From a virus (taxonomy: Duplodnaviria; Caudoviricetes), in IMG/VR virus record IMGVR_UViG_3300025396_000017, positions 1 through 59,730 of that record: a stretch of 59,730 bases of DNA. One strand, given 5' to 3'. The number at the start of each line of letters is the position of its first letter. The stretch's first letter is position 1. The notes under the pieces were generated by a model that was given only the letters and a program-made list of their open reading frames with translations, did not search any database and had not been told where the DNA came from. This document shows positions 8,115-17,863 of this stretch, in pieces. The position numbers and the translations under genes are program-made.

Positions 8115-8495
8115 ATGGTAGAATGGTCAATCAAACCGAGTTGGAAGAAATCATTGTATGAACGCCAGCATTTCACCAAAGGTGATAATTTATTAATTGT
8201 TGAAACTACATGGCGTTGGGGTGAATTCACAACATACACCGAAGATGACACACCACCTGATATTGTAGATGGTACAGACCTCTACGATTGTGAATATCAG
8301 GTTGAATTGGTAGAATGTGAAGATGGTTGTGGTGAAGACTATGATTATGATGAATGTGATGAAGAAACCACAGAATGGTTGGAGAATTACTTTGATGAAG
8401 GCAATTCATATTTTGACCTAGAAGAACATGGTTGGGATATGGGTCATACTGAAATGATTATTGGTTGCGACCCCGAAATTACCAAAGTAGAATGA
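8115..8495 (+). CDS. very acidic hypothetical protein
   Basis: D/E-rich ORF, AGGAG RBS. Confidence 0.75.
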   Translation: MVEWSIKPSWKKSLYERQHFTKGDNLLIVETTWRWGEFTTYTEDDTPPDIVDGTDLYDCEYQVELVECEDGCGEDYDYDECDEETTEWLENYFDEGNSYFDLEEHGWDMGHTEMIIGCDPEITKVE

Positions 8496-8694
8496 TACTT
8501 GATGATGATGGTCTACCAGTACGTACCGATGTGACCATATGGGAAAGGTTTAAGAATGTTATGGTGTCCATAATACTTTTTAATATATTCAGAATGAGGT
8601 CATATACATGGAACCAATACTACAGAATTTATAAGTTTATAATCTATAGAGCATGGTATTTTATTAATACAAATGGAAATTTTGAGGCAGAAGA

Positions 8695-9228
8695 ATGAGA
8701 AAAGAATTAGACGAGAAACTATGCGAGGATCATCCAAAGATATTTGCAAACCGTAATGGTGATATGACTACCACAGCCATGTGTTGGGGTTTTGAATGTG
8801 GTGATGGTTGGTACAACATTATCAACAGCCTATGTCACCTAATACAAGGCCACATTGATTGGCACAATAGTAAACGTGAACGTGCTATCAAATACAATGA
8901 GATGATTAAACAGGCTCAGGCAGGTGATTTTACATTGTTTGATGCATACTATGCTGGTTATAATCCAGAATATATCGCAACCACTAAAGAAAAGATAATG
9001 ACACATAGCATATGGGACATTCCTGAACCAATGCCTCAAGTGGTGGCAGAACAGGTTAAAGAGAAGTTTGGTACATTAAGGTTCTATACAAACCTATCCG
9101 ATGATTACATTACTGGTGCAATATCAATGGCAGAGGCTATGAGTCTTACTACTTGTGAAGAATGTGGTAATCCAGGTCAAAGCAATGATGGTGGTTGGTT
9201 GCGTGTGAGATGTAAGGACCATGAATGA
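8695..9228 (+). CDS. conserved phage protein with C-terminal Zn-ribbon
   Basis: WGFECGDGWY, QVKEKFGTLRFY, CEECG...GGWLRVRC. Confidence 0.8.
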   Translation: MRKELDEKLCEDHPKIFANRNGDMTTTAMCWGFECGDGWYNIINSLCHLIQGHIDWHNSKRERAIKYNEMIKQAQAGDFTLFDAYYAGYNPEYIATTKEKIMTHSIWDIPEPMPQVVAEQVKEKFGTLRFYTNLSDDYITGAISMAEAMSLTTCEECGNPGQSNDGGWLRVRCKDHE

Positions 9229-9587
9229 CCTGCAAAACACACCCTGATGCACCACATGGATTTGTCCGTGATGCCAGCCATTCAGAAGACCGATATGTGT
9301 GTGAATGTGAGTTTTGGGAAGAACCAAAGATGAACGAACGAATTCGGCAAATATTGAATGAAGCAACTGTTGGACTAGAACCAGACTTATCTACACCTAC
9401 AACCATCACACTCAACGAATTGTCCAAGTTCGCTGAGTTGCTTATTGGAGAATGTATTGACCGAATTACCACGTATGATTTGGTGCCTGGCCATTCGGCT
9501 AAATGGGAAGATATCTATGACATTCATGCTAGGTTGTTACAAGACTTAGGTGAAGATTTGAAAGAACACTTTGGGATTAAAGAATGA
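9225..9587 (+). CDS. MNERI family protein, copy 3, fused to an N-terminal Cys/His module
   Basis: Internal MNERI at 9330; FAELLIGEC; LKEHFGIKE. Confidence 0.7.
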   Translation: MTCKTHPDAPHGFVRDASHSEDRYVCECEFWEEPKMNERIRQILNEATVGLEPDLSTPTTITLNELSKFAELLIGECIDRITTYDLVPGHSAKWEDIYDIHARLLQDLGEDLKEHFGIKE

Positions 9588-9814
9588 ACGAACGAATTAG
9601 AGAAATTTCTCAAGAAGCTAAACAATATGCTCTCGATAGTATGATTAAAATCTCAGACAAAGAAGAAGCATTAAAAGTCTATGCGGAATCATACGACATA
9701 AAGTTTGCCGAATTGCTGATTAGAGAAGCGGCAAGAATAGCTGATATGGTCAGCGAGAATAAAGTCGAATGGGTCGGTGGAAACATCTTAAACTACTTCG
9801 GAGTCCAGGAATGA
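9584..9814 (+). CDS. MNERI family protein, copy 4
   Basis: MNERI, KFAELLIRE, YFGVQE. Confidence 0.75.
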   Translation: MNERIREISQEAKQYALDSMIKISDKEEALKVYAESYDIKFAELLIREAARIADMVSENKVEWVGGNILNYFGVQE

Positions 9815-10089
9815 ACAAACGAATAGGACAACTTGCCGAACAGGCTGGACTTCTAGGTCCTAGTAGCCGAGTAGGAAACTCACACGAAGCCACAGAGAGG
9901 TTTGCCAAACTGGTTAAAGATGACTATAGTAAAAGACATGCTCGACTATGGTTAAAGAGAATTGATAATGCCGTCAAAGCCGAACGAGAAGAAATTGAAA
10001 AGCGAGTCATGGAGTTGGATGAAACCCTAGCAACACGAGTCAATGTAATTAATAAAGCAATTAGAACAGGAGAAAAGAATGAAAGATGA
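9811..10089 (+). CDS. MNERI-related protein, copy 5
   Basis: MNKRIGQLAEQAG, RFAKLV; ATGA coupling. Confidence 0.65.
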   Translation: MNKRIGQLAEQAGLLGPSSRVGNSHEATERFAKLVKDDYSKRHARLWLKRIDNAVKAEREEIEKRVMELDETLATRVNVINKAIRTGEKNER

Positions 10090-10261
10090 AAGTCATTTAC
10101 CAATAACAGAGCAAAGTCTAGTGTACCGTTTAAGAAAACGTGCAGAGATTCGAAGGCAGATACCAGGCAGATTATCAGCCACAGAAGGTAAAGCTGATAG
10201 AATTGCTGATTTGCTTGATGAAGCGGCTAATGAAATAGAACGGTTAAAGGATAAGGAATGA
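10079..10261 (+). CDS. conserved phage hypothetical protein
   Basis: LVYRLRKRAEIRRQIP...DRIADLLDEAANEIERL. Confidence 0.7.
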   Translation: MKDESHLPITEQSLVYRLRKRAEIRRQIPGRLSATEGKADRIADLLDEAANEIERLKDKE

Positions 10262-10411
10262 ATATAATAGCAATGGCATTAATTCTAGTCCTAGACAGTC
10301 TATTAAAATGAATACTTAAGTTCTCCATTGAAAAATGTGAGAACTTTTTTCTTATGTTGCCAAATTCCGTGGTTATGGTATACTAGAGGCTTAGATTGAT
10401 TAAGGAATGAT

Positions 10412-10660
10412 ATGGGAAGAAAACAGATTATCCAGGGGTTGAAAAACTCACAGCGTATCCGTGTTATCGTTGACGGTGTAGGTTTTATTACCACAGTCCA
10501 GGACGCTACTGAAATGCCATTCACCGAGCAACGGGTTGCTGTTTGGAACGCTTTGGAAGTGATTGGTCGTGAGAAGATCCAAGGTTATGGCGGCCAAAGC
10601 AGAGTTTATGACTATAAAATGATTGCTAAAATTGTGGATTTTCAAATCAATCTGTTGTAA
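10412..10660 (+). CDS. hypothetical protein
   Basis: ORF after promoter near 10357. Confidence 0.7.
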   Translation: MGRKQIIQGLKNSQRIRVIVDGVGFITTVQDATEMPFTEQRVAVWNALEVIGREKIQGYGGQSRVYDYKMIAKIVDFQINLL

Positions 10661-10704
10661 AAATACAACACGATGGTTGACAATTTCCTTGGTTCTGGTA
10701 TAAT
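10653..10704 (+). promoter_or_regulatory. early promoter with TGTTGT-N6-ACAACA palindrome
   Basis: Palindrome 10653-10670, TTGACA 10677, TGG-TATAAT. Confidence 0.8.
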
Positions 10705-10730
10705 AGATGTTTTAAATGTGAGGAGTTATT

Positions 10731-11252
10731 ATGATTAATTTTGAGAATCAGGCTATGCCTACAGAGTCCGGTTTATATGTTATCAACCGTGAGAAAGCTG
10801 GCCATTTTTACCGCTATTATAATGCTGAAACCAAGAATTGGGGTTTCTGCTCATTTGACAAAGCGGAAGCATATGAGAAGCGAGACACCCGCTCAGGTGT
10901 AGGTTTCTTTGGCTGGGCTGGTCCTGTTAAGATTACAGATCCAGAATTCAACCGAGATATCCGAATGGAAGCACCAACGGTTGCTAAACTACCCTTGGCA
11001 AGCAAAAAGTCCAAGACTGTTGCTCCAGTACAACAGACTGTTGCTAAAAAGCCACGCACCAAAACTGCGTCCAACGCAACGAAAACTGCCAAACCTACTA
11101 TGGCTAATGGTACAGTTTTCTATCGTGCCGACCGTGCCAAATGGGTTGCTGTATGGGACGGAAAACAAGAAGCCGCCCGTCCAACCAAGGAAGCTTGTAT
11201 CAAATTCTTAGAGAAAAAGTACTCATTTAAGGATGTAATCATAATTGAGTAA
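10731..11252 (+). CDS. two-domain protein, possible AP2-like DNA-binding C-terminus
   Basis: Lys/Thr-rich linker then GTVFYRADRAKWVAVWDGKQ...TKEAC. Confidence 0.55.
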   Translation: MINFENQAMPTESGLYVINREKAGHFYRYYNAETKNWGFCSFDKAEAYEKRDTRSGVGFFGWAGPVKITDPEFNRDIRMEAPTVAKLPLASKKSKTVAPVQQTVAKKPRTKTASNATKTAKPTMANGTVFYRADRAKWVAVWDGKQEAARPTKEACIKFLEKKYSFKDVIIIE

Positions 11253-11336
11253 TTCCAATCTCGACCAATCCGGTCGGGTATTGGTTGCCAAATTCCGTGG
11301 TTCTGGTATAATTAGTGTTTTAGTTATGAGGTTATT

Positions 11337-12221
11337 ATGAGTACAATTACAAAAGTCGGTTCCATGTTTCAAGCAACAATCAACGGAAAGATTGTTAAGC
11401 GTTCCAAACTCAAGCACTTAGAGTATGTGCTTCGCAAATCAGGTGTATCATCCGAATCCACGGTTGCTGAACCAGTTCAATCCCGCTTTACTATCAATGA
11501 GCGCTTCGGATTCTTATCTGATATGGTTCTAATGCTTGCTAAAGGCGACCAAGCATCCGTAGTTGTCACAGGTCCTGGCGGACTTGGTAAATCTCATACA
11601 GTATTAAAATCCTTGACCAATGCAGGTTTTACCGATATCTCCTTGCTCGAAGACTTTGCTGTTGGTACTAAACTCAATACCTTAAAGTCCTTTACAGTAA
11701 TCAAAGGTTACTCCACACCTAAAGGTCTATACCGTACATTGTATGAGAATAAAGATGGTGTTATTGTATTTGATGATTGTGACTCCGTGCTTAAAGATCC
11801 AGTATCCTTGAACCTGTTAAAAGGTGCTCTCGATTCTTATTCTCGCCGTATCATTTCCTGGAGAGCAGATATGAAGGATGATGAGCTGCCACAATCGTTT
11901 GAGTTTAAAGGTCGTGTGGTTTTTATTTCAAACCTCGCTAGTGACAAACTAGACCAAGCCATCATCACTAGATCCATGGCTGTTGACCTCAATATGACTA
12001 CAGAGCAAAAGGTAGAGCGTATGCGTCACTTGGTTTCCGATTCTATTGAATTTATGCCAGAATTCGAGATGGCGCACAAGGTAGATGCCTTGAATTTAAT
12101 TGATAAACTCCGTGACCGTGTCAAAGAGTTATCACTCCGTACCTTAATTCAGGTAACTAAAATCCGTAAGAGCGCAGGTAGCAATTGGGCTAACCTTGCT
12201 GAATATTCAATTTGTGGGTAA
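11337..12221 (+). CDS. P-loop (AAA-like) ATPase
   Basis: Walker A GPGGLGKS, Walker B VIVFDDCD, VFISN sensor. Confidence 0.85.
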   Translation: MSTITKVGSMFQATINGKIVKRSKLKHLEYVLRKSGVSSESTVAEPVQSRFTINERFGFLSDMVLMLAKGDQASVVVTGPGGLGKSHTVLKSLTNAGFTDISLLEDFAVGTKLNTLKSFTVIKGYSTPKGLYRTLYENKDGVIVFDDCDSVLKDPVSLNLLKGALDSYSRRIISWRADMKDDELPQSFEFKGRVVFISNLASDKLDQAIITRSMAVDLNMTTEQKVERMRHLVSDSIEFMPEFEMAHKVDALNLIDKLRDRVKELSLRTLIQVTKIRKSAGSNWANLAEYSICG

Positions 12222-12225
12222 TATT

Positions 12226-12798
12226 ATGAGTAGAAAATTTAACGACCTAGAGGTCGTAGCAATTCAAGAGGTAAAGAAAAAAATTAGGAACGGAGTGTCA
12301 AAGGCTTTATTGCCTATTAACCATTCACTCCGTTCACATTTGATTAATAATTGTATTGTAACTGGTGGTTGTAGTTATTCCTTGTCTCTTAACCGAGATC
12401 CTAATGATTGGGATTTGTTATTCAAGGATGAAATTTCAGCCAATAGCTTTAGGGGATACATTACGCAACATCAAGAAGATGTAATGGATATGACCGAATA
12501 TACTGGTGCAGATATCAAAGGCGCTAAATTAATCACAGCCAATGCCGTGACCTTAAAGAATAAGGTACAAGTGATTGATTGGAAATGGCAAAGGCATAAT
12601 TTTGATTTTATTCATTGTATGCCTTGGTATGACCTGAAAGAAGACAAGTATTATATTGCTGCAGCACAGTATGATGCTATTAAAAATAAGCAATTGATTG
12701 CGAGAGATCCAGACACATTTAAACCTAATGATAAACGATTGAAGAAGTGGTTGGATCGTGGATTTACCATAGAGTTTAAAGTGGATGAATTAGTATGA
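12226..12798 (+). CDS. nucleotidyltransferase-like protein (polyA polymerase/CCA head fold)
   Basis: VTGG..S, PNDWDLLF (DxD), NFDFIHC motifs. Confidence 0.65.
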   Translation: MSRKFNDLEVVAIQEVKKKIRNGVSKALLPINHSLRSHLINNCIVTGGCSYSLSLNRDPNDWDLLFKDEISANSFRGYITQHQEDVMDMTEYTGADIKGAKLITANAVTLKNKVQVIDWKWQRHNFDFIHCMPWYDLKEDKYYIAAAQYDAIKNKQLIARDPDTFKPNDKRLKKWLDRGFTIEFKVDELV

Positions 12799-12948
12799 GT
12801 ATAATTAAAGAGATTATATTAGACCTAGGCACCAGGTTAATGTTAGTGTGTCTTGGTATTTTAATATCAATAGTCGGTTTCTTTTCGCCTGGTACCTGTA
12901 TTGAGGCATTAGCAAAAGTAACTATAACAGCAAGAGAAAGGGAATAAA

Positions 12949-13341
12949 ATGACAGTATATAATGCAGACGGAACAAAAGTAAAAGGATTTTGGACAAATT
13001 GGGATCATTTAGAGGTAGAACAAATGCAAAAAGATTTAGAACAAATCGAACACCTAGAACACTTGAAATATGAGGTAGCACACCTTAAGACATTGGTTAA
13101 AGATACAAGTACAGGCCATATACGGACTGCTATTGGTGTACTAGAAGACCGTATCAACCAATTGACACCTAAACCACAACTAAGGCGAGTGTTTGAGGTT
13201 GAAATCATCAAGCGTGATAGTTATGCTTATACACCACATAAAAAACGGTTTGAAAGTGCTGATGAGGCTTGGAAATTCTATGATGAAGTTTTAAAAGATC
13301 CTTATTGGTTGGCACAGGAACCTATCACAATTAGGAAATAA
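12949..13341 (+). CDS. hypothetical protein
   Basis: ORF; TGHIRTAIGVLEDRI motif. Confidence 0.65.
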   Translation: MTVYNADGTKVKGFWTNWDHLEVEQMQKDLEQIEHLEHLKYEVAHLKTLVKDTSTGHIRTAIGVLEDRINQLTPKPQLRRVFEVEIIKRDSYAYTPHKKRFESADEAWKFYDEVLKDPYWLAQEPITIRK

Positions 13342-13342
13342 T

Positions 13343-13552
13343 ATGGAAATTGTAAAAAAAGTAATTGCATTTATTGTATTCTTTTTGTTAATACCAATAG
13401 GTGCTACTGCCGTGTTTGGTTATTGTTATAACTATTCGGTTATGTTGGAAGAAAATAAATACCATTGTATCAATAACCTTTTGTATAGACAGGTTAATGA
13501 CAGTACATTTGAATTCTTAAATAAGAGTTGCGTAGGCATAGACAAGGACTAA
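13343..13552 (+). CDS. small membrane protein
   Basis: N-terminal hydrophobic helix. Confidence 0.6.
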   Translation: MEIVKKVIAFIVFFLLIPIGATAVFGYCYNYSVMLEENKYHCINNLLYRQVNDSTFEFLNKSCVGIDKD

Positions 13553-13553
13553 A

Positions 13554-13754
13554 ATGATTAGAGAGATTACCACATATGACGGCAACACGGTACGTTCCCG
13601 TGATCCATACGACACTAGACCATATACAGAGGTTAAGGTTAGTAAATTGTATGAATGTACGGAGTGTGGTAGTTATTTCTCTAAGATTAAGGATCATACA
13701 AAGTATTGTCCTAGTAACAAATCAGAAACTGTAGAATCAAGGAGTATGGCATGA
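13554..13754 (+). CDS. small zinc-finger-like protein
   Basis: YECTECG...H...C. Confidence 0.55.
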   Translation: MIREITTYDGNTVRSRDPYDTRPYTEVKVSKLYECTECGSYFSKIKDHTKYCPSNKSETVESRSMA

Positions 13755-14047
13755 AAAAAATAGTGTTTCTATTATTGTTGGCTGCCACAATGACCGCCAA
13801 TGCACAATATCGCCACGGTTGTTGTTATCGTGGAGGTTACGGACTAGGTTGGGTGGCACCTGCCGTAGTGGGTGGTGTAATCGGCTATGAATTGGCACGA
13901 CCAAACCAAACGGTTATTGTCCAACAACCTGTACCACTACCACCACCTCCAGAATCCTACGTTTATCCGCCACCCGCTAATTTCCACTATGTTACAGCAT
14001 ATGATCCTACCTGTAACTGTTACAAGTCCGTCCTGGTACCAAATTAA
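13751..14047 (+). CDS. secreted Gly/Pro-rich protein
   Basis: Signal peptide, GWVAPAVVGGVIGY glycine-zipper-like segment, Pro-rich tail. Confidence 0.7.
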   Translation: MKKIVFLLLLAATMTANAQYRHGCCYRGGYGLGWVAPAVVGGVIGYELARPNQTVIVQQPVPLPPPPESYVYPPPANFHYVTAYDPTCNCYKSVLVPN

Positions 14048-14126
14048 ATGTTGTATTTTGGCACCAATGGTTGCCAAATACCAGAAAGTATGGTACAATT
14101 GAGTTATCGAATTATGGAGTTTTATT

Positions 14127-15275
14127 ATGAGTTTTAATCGAAATGCACAGGCATTTATCGTAGCGGCTGAGAACAAATTTGGTATTGGTGCAACCATGAC
14201 CAGAGATGATATCAACCGAGTTGTGAAAGAAGAAAACGTACCATTCCCTTACTGGTTCACCAATAAAAATGAATACAGAACAGGTCGTGGTCAATATAGA
14301 TTACCTGAATTGGATAATAGTGTGAATACTGTAGAAGAACCTGCTGTTGAAATGGCATTACATAGTACTGCTCAAGTACTTACATTCAAACAACCTAAGT
14401 TGATTGATGAATCAGATCCATCCATACCAGAGAAATTCCCTGATTATGTGCCGTTTGGTTTTTTCAAAGACTTAACAAGTATCGTTAAAGCAAAGTCCTT
14501 TTATCCCGTATTCATTACAGGCCATTCAGGCAATGGTAAGACTTTGATGGTTGAGCAAGTATGTGCAGAATTGAAAAGAGAGTGTATCCGTGTTAACATA
14601 TCTATTGAAACAGACGAATCCGATTTACTTGGCGGCCCTACTTTGGTTAATGGTAACGTTGTTAATCGTGATGGTCCTGTTATCACAGCTATGAAACGTG
14701 GTGCTGTTCTATTGATTGACGAAGTAGACCGTGGTTCTAATAAGTTGATGTGTTTGCAGGGTATCTTGGAAGGCAAACCATATTACAACAAGAAGAACGG
14801 TGAGTTGGTTCATCCTAAAGAAGGTTTCACCGTGATTGCTACCGCTAACACAAAAGGCCAAGGTAGTGATGAAGGCAGATTCTTGGCACAGATTCTAGAC
14901 TCCGCTTTCTTAGAAAGATTTGTTATCACCGTTGAACAGGAATTTCCTGACAAGAAAGTTGAGAAGAAAATCCTCACACCATTGATTAATGATGCTGAGT
15001 TTGTAGATTGCTTGACCAATTGGGCTGATGTGGTTCGCCAGACCTTTAAACAAGGTGCTATTGACGAGATTATATCTACCCGTAGATTGGTTCATATAGC
15101 AAAGACTTTCACTATTTTCAAAGATAGAATGAAAGCCATTGAGTTGTGTGTTTCGAGATTTGATGAAGAAACCAAGACGGCATTCCTTGACCTCTATAGC
15201 AAGATTGACGTTAAAGTTGAGGCACCAAAAGTTGAAGCCGCAAAACCCGTGAACATGGATGAAATTCCATTTTAA
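14127..15275 (+). CDS. MoxR/CobS-like AAA+ ATPase
   Basis: GHSGNGKT, LLIDEVD, IATANTKGQG, ISTRRLVHI. Confidence 0.9.
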   Translation: MSFNRNAQAFIVAAENKFGIGATMTRDDINRVVKEENVPFPYWFTNKNEYRTGRGQYRLPELDNSVNTVEEPAVEMALHSTAQVLTFKQPKLIDESDPSIPEKFPDYVPFGFFKDLTSIVKAKSFYPVFITGHSGNGKTLMVEQVCAELKRECIRVNISIETDESDLLGGPTLVNGNVVNRDGPVITAMKRGAVLLIDEVDRGSNKLMCLQGILEGKPYYNKKNGELVHPKEGFTVIATANTKGQGSDEGRFLAQILDSAFLERFVITVEQEFPDKKVEKKILTPLINDAEFVDCLTNWADVVRQTFKQGAIDEIISTRRLVHIAKTFTIFKDRMKAIELCVSRFDEETKTAFLDLYSKIDVKVEAPKVEAAKPVNMDEIPF

Positions 15276-15294
15276 TTTGTAATAGGAGTATATT

Positions 15295-15630
15295 ATGACA
15301 GTAGTACGTAAAGGCAAACAAAACCGCCACGAGAAAATCACCCAAGTAATGTTGAGTGGTAAACCAGTAACAATTGACGAGATTAAATCCGTCTTTAGTG
15401 GTACAGACCAAGAAGCGGTACTGTACCGATTATCAACCAACATTTATAACATCCGTTTAGATGGCGGTAATGTTAAAGTGATTAAGAATGGACGTAAGGT
15501 GCAGGCATACCAATTGCTGAATCCTGAAGCATTTGATAAGAATGGACGTTTCATTGTACAATCAACAGCACCAGCACCTGTTGCTGAAGTTGCTGAACAA
15601 ACCGAAACACCTGAATTAGTAGAGGCTTAA
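15295..15630 (+). CDS. putative winged-helix DNA-binding protein
   Basis: MLSGKPVTIDEI...YRLSTNIYNIR pattern. Confidence 0.55.
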   Translation: MTVVRKGKQNRHEKITQVMLSGKPVTIDEIKSVFSGTDQEAVLYRLSTNIYNIRLDGGNVKVIKNGRKVQAYQLLNPEAFDKNGRFIVQSTAPAPVAEVAEQTETPELVEA

Positions 15631-15631
15631 T

Positions 15632-15844
15632 ATGAGTAGATACGTTGAAGTTGAAGTTGACTTGGTTGATTTTGATGATGATGACTTGCGTGAGGAGTTG
15701 GAATCTAGAGGTTATGAAGTCTCGGATGAGGGAAGACTCAAAGATATATTAATCGAATCAATTTGGCTTAAACGTAGATTAGGGCAAGACTATCAGGCGG
15801 AACTTGATAGTCTTATATACAAAGCATTAGGGAGAGCAATATGA
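15632..15844 (+). CDS. acidic hypothetical protein
   Basis: VEVDLVDFDDDDLREELESRG. Confidence 0.7.
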   Translation: MSRYVEVEVDLVDFDDDDLREELESRGYEVSDEGRLKDILIESIWLKRRLGQDYQAELDSLIYKALGRAI

Positions 15845-16080
15845 ACGAATGGGATAAAGATAACTTAATGTTCATTATGAAGTCTGATTACAAGACCTTT
15901 AAGGCTTGGATGGAACAGGCAACTGATGATGATATTAATTATGCCTTACAGTTAATTGCTGAGTTTAAGAAAGAGCAAGCAATGATGTCAGCAACTATAA
16001 AAGAAAGAGTTGGTGCTCATTACCCCGAGGTAACCGATTTTACTCAGGCGAAGCAAGTGTTAGAGAAGTTTAGACTATAA
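15841..16080 (+). CDS. hypothetical protein
   Basis: ATGA-coupled ORF. Confidence 0.7.
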   Translation: MNEWDKDNLMFIMKSDYKTFKAWMEQATDDDINYALQLIAEFKKEQAMMSATIKERVGAHYPEVTDFTQAKQVLEKFRL

Positions 16081-16109
16081 ATTGATTATGTTTGTTATGG
16101 AGAATTGTG

Positions 16110-16562
16110 ATGGATAATATTTTGAACACATTGACGTTCAATCAAAGTGTAATGGAGGTTGTCGTAGTAGTCGGTTTAATTGCCGTGGTACTAGGTACTA
16201 TCCTTGTTTTGTATTGGCATTATATTGTTGCCGGTTTGGCAGCTTTCTTTTGTGTTGTAGTATTGGCAAATCACAAAACTCCAACAGCAGAACCTGTGCC
16301 TACACCGGTTAAAGTTGAACAGTCTTTGACACCAACTGAAAAGATTGTTGAAGAACCTACACCGCCAGTTGTTGAAGTTAAACCAGACCCTGAAGTAAAA
16401 CCATTAGATGAGCATCAAGCGTATCTAATTGACTGTATGAGACTTACCGATTTTGAATACGAAACCTGTGACCAGATGTGGACTAATCGTCAAAATGGTT
16501 TACAAGATGCTAGATACCGTAAAGGTAAAAATCATATGATGAAAGTGGCTAGAAAATTATGA
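16110..16562 (+). CDS. membrane protein with Pro-rich linker
   Basis: Two TM helices then PTP-rich segment. Confidence 0.7.
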   Translation: MDNILNTLTFNQSVMEVVVVVGLIAVVLGTILVLYWHYIVAGLAAFFCVVVLANHKTPTAEPVPTPVKVEQSLTPTEKIVEEPTPPVVEVKPDPEVKPLDEHQAYLIDCMRLTDFEYETCDQMWTNRQNGLQDARYRKGKNHMMKVARKL

Positions 16563-16783
16563 CTGATAATGAATTGATACAAATGAGCCATGATGTTGAT
16601 GACTTTATCAACAAAATGGTTTCAGTCCACGGCATTAATTTTGCTGTGGTCGTTGCCACTATCTTTGCCAGACTAGCGGTAATTGCTATGGAAACCAACC
16701 AGGAGATTGGTATGCTGAGGTTGATGGGATCTATGCAAGAATCTCTCCTAAAGTCTCTGGATGTGTCCAAACGAGGGGAATAG
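16559..16783 (+). CDS. hypothetical protein
   Basis: ATGA-coupled ORF. Confidence 0.65.
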   Translation: MTDNELIQMSHDVDDFINKMVSVHGINFAVVVATIFARLAVIAMETNQEIGMLRLMGSMQESLLKSLDVSKRGE

Positions 16784-16836
16784 TGTTGTGTTTTTACAAC
16801 AAAATGGTTGCCATTTCACCAAAAGTGTGATATAAT
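16784..16836 (+). promoter_or_regulatory. early promoter with TGTTGT-N6-ACAACA palindrome
   Basis: Palindrome 16784-16801, TTGCCA 16808, TATAAT. Confidence 0.8.
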
Positions 16837-16856
16837 TGGGTTTTGAGGAAAATATT

Positions 16857-17684
16857 ATGAGAGTTGCACTAGCATCCGATGTCCATTTGGAATTCGGTGA
16901 TTTAATTTTAAAGAATGATGATAATGCCGATGTATTGCTTTTGGCTGGTGATATTTGCGTGGCGAAAGAATTACCATTTACTGATAGCCGATACTATGAA
17001 AGATTCCACAATTTCTTTTCCCGTTGTGCAGCCGAGTTCAAAGAAGTAGTCTATATTGCAGGTAACCATGAACACTATCATGGCACTTATGATGAGACCC
17101 ACAATATTTTGAAGACTCAATTGGCAAAGCATACAAATATCCATGTATTAGACAGAGAACATATTACCATTGGTGATACGTTATTCTTTGGTGGTACATT
17201 GTGGACGGACTTTAACAATGAAGATCCAAGTACAATGAGGTCTATCCGTGAGATGATGAATGATTTTAGAATCATTGCTGCACCTGGTGGCCGTAAGTCC
17301 TCTTGGAAAGATGCTGAAGGTAATCTACATTACAGGATTTCCAAATTGACACCTGAAGATGTATTGGTTGACCACAAAGACTTCTTGGATAAGTTGAATC
17401 AATTAAGTTCATATAACAAAATTGTGGTTGTGGGTCATCACTCACCTAGCAAATTGTCTACAAAACCACAATATGAAGATGATTGGGAAATGAATGGTGG
17501 GTACAGTTCAGATTTGAATGATTTTATTTTGGATCGTCCAAATATCAAACTTTGGGTTCATGGTCACACACACCATGCCTTTGATTACATGGTAGGTTCT
17601 ACCCGTATTCTATGTAACCCTAGAGGTTATGTTGGTTATGAGGTTAATGAAGATGAGTTTAAGTTGATTACTATTGAAGTATGA
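16857..17684 (+). CDS. calcineurin-like metallophosphoesterase
   Basis: SDVHLE, AGDI, AGNHEHY, HHSP, HGHTH, NPRGY. Confidence 0.92.
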   Translation: MRVALASDVHLEFGDLILKNDDNADVLLLAGDICVAKELPFTDSRYYERFHNFFSRCAAEFKEVVYIAGNHEHYHGTYDETHNILKTQLAKHTNIHVLDREHITIGDTLFFGGTLWTDFNNEDPSTMRSIREMMNDFRIIAAPGGRKSSWKDAEGNLHYRISKLTPEDVLVDHKDFLDKLNQLSSYNKIVVVGHHSPSKLSTKPQYEDDWEMNGGYSSDLNDFILDRPNIKLWVHGHTHHAFDYMVGSTRILCNPRGYVGYEVNEDEFKLITIEV

Positions 17685-17863
17685 TATGCTCGGCTTATTT
17701 CTTGATATTATGAACCTATTATTCGTAGGTTACTTTCTAGGTATTGCCGTGATGTTATTCAAAATCAACCTGGCCGAAAGAAAAGGTAGAGGAATGACAA
17801 CACGGCAAGCTCTTAAAGATATGGTGAAAGAGATATTTTATATACAAAAGATTGGTGGTAAAG

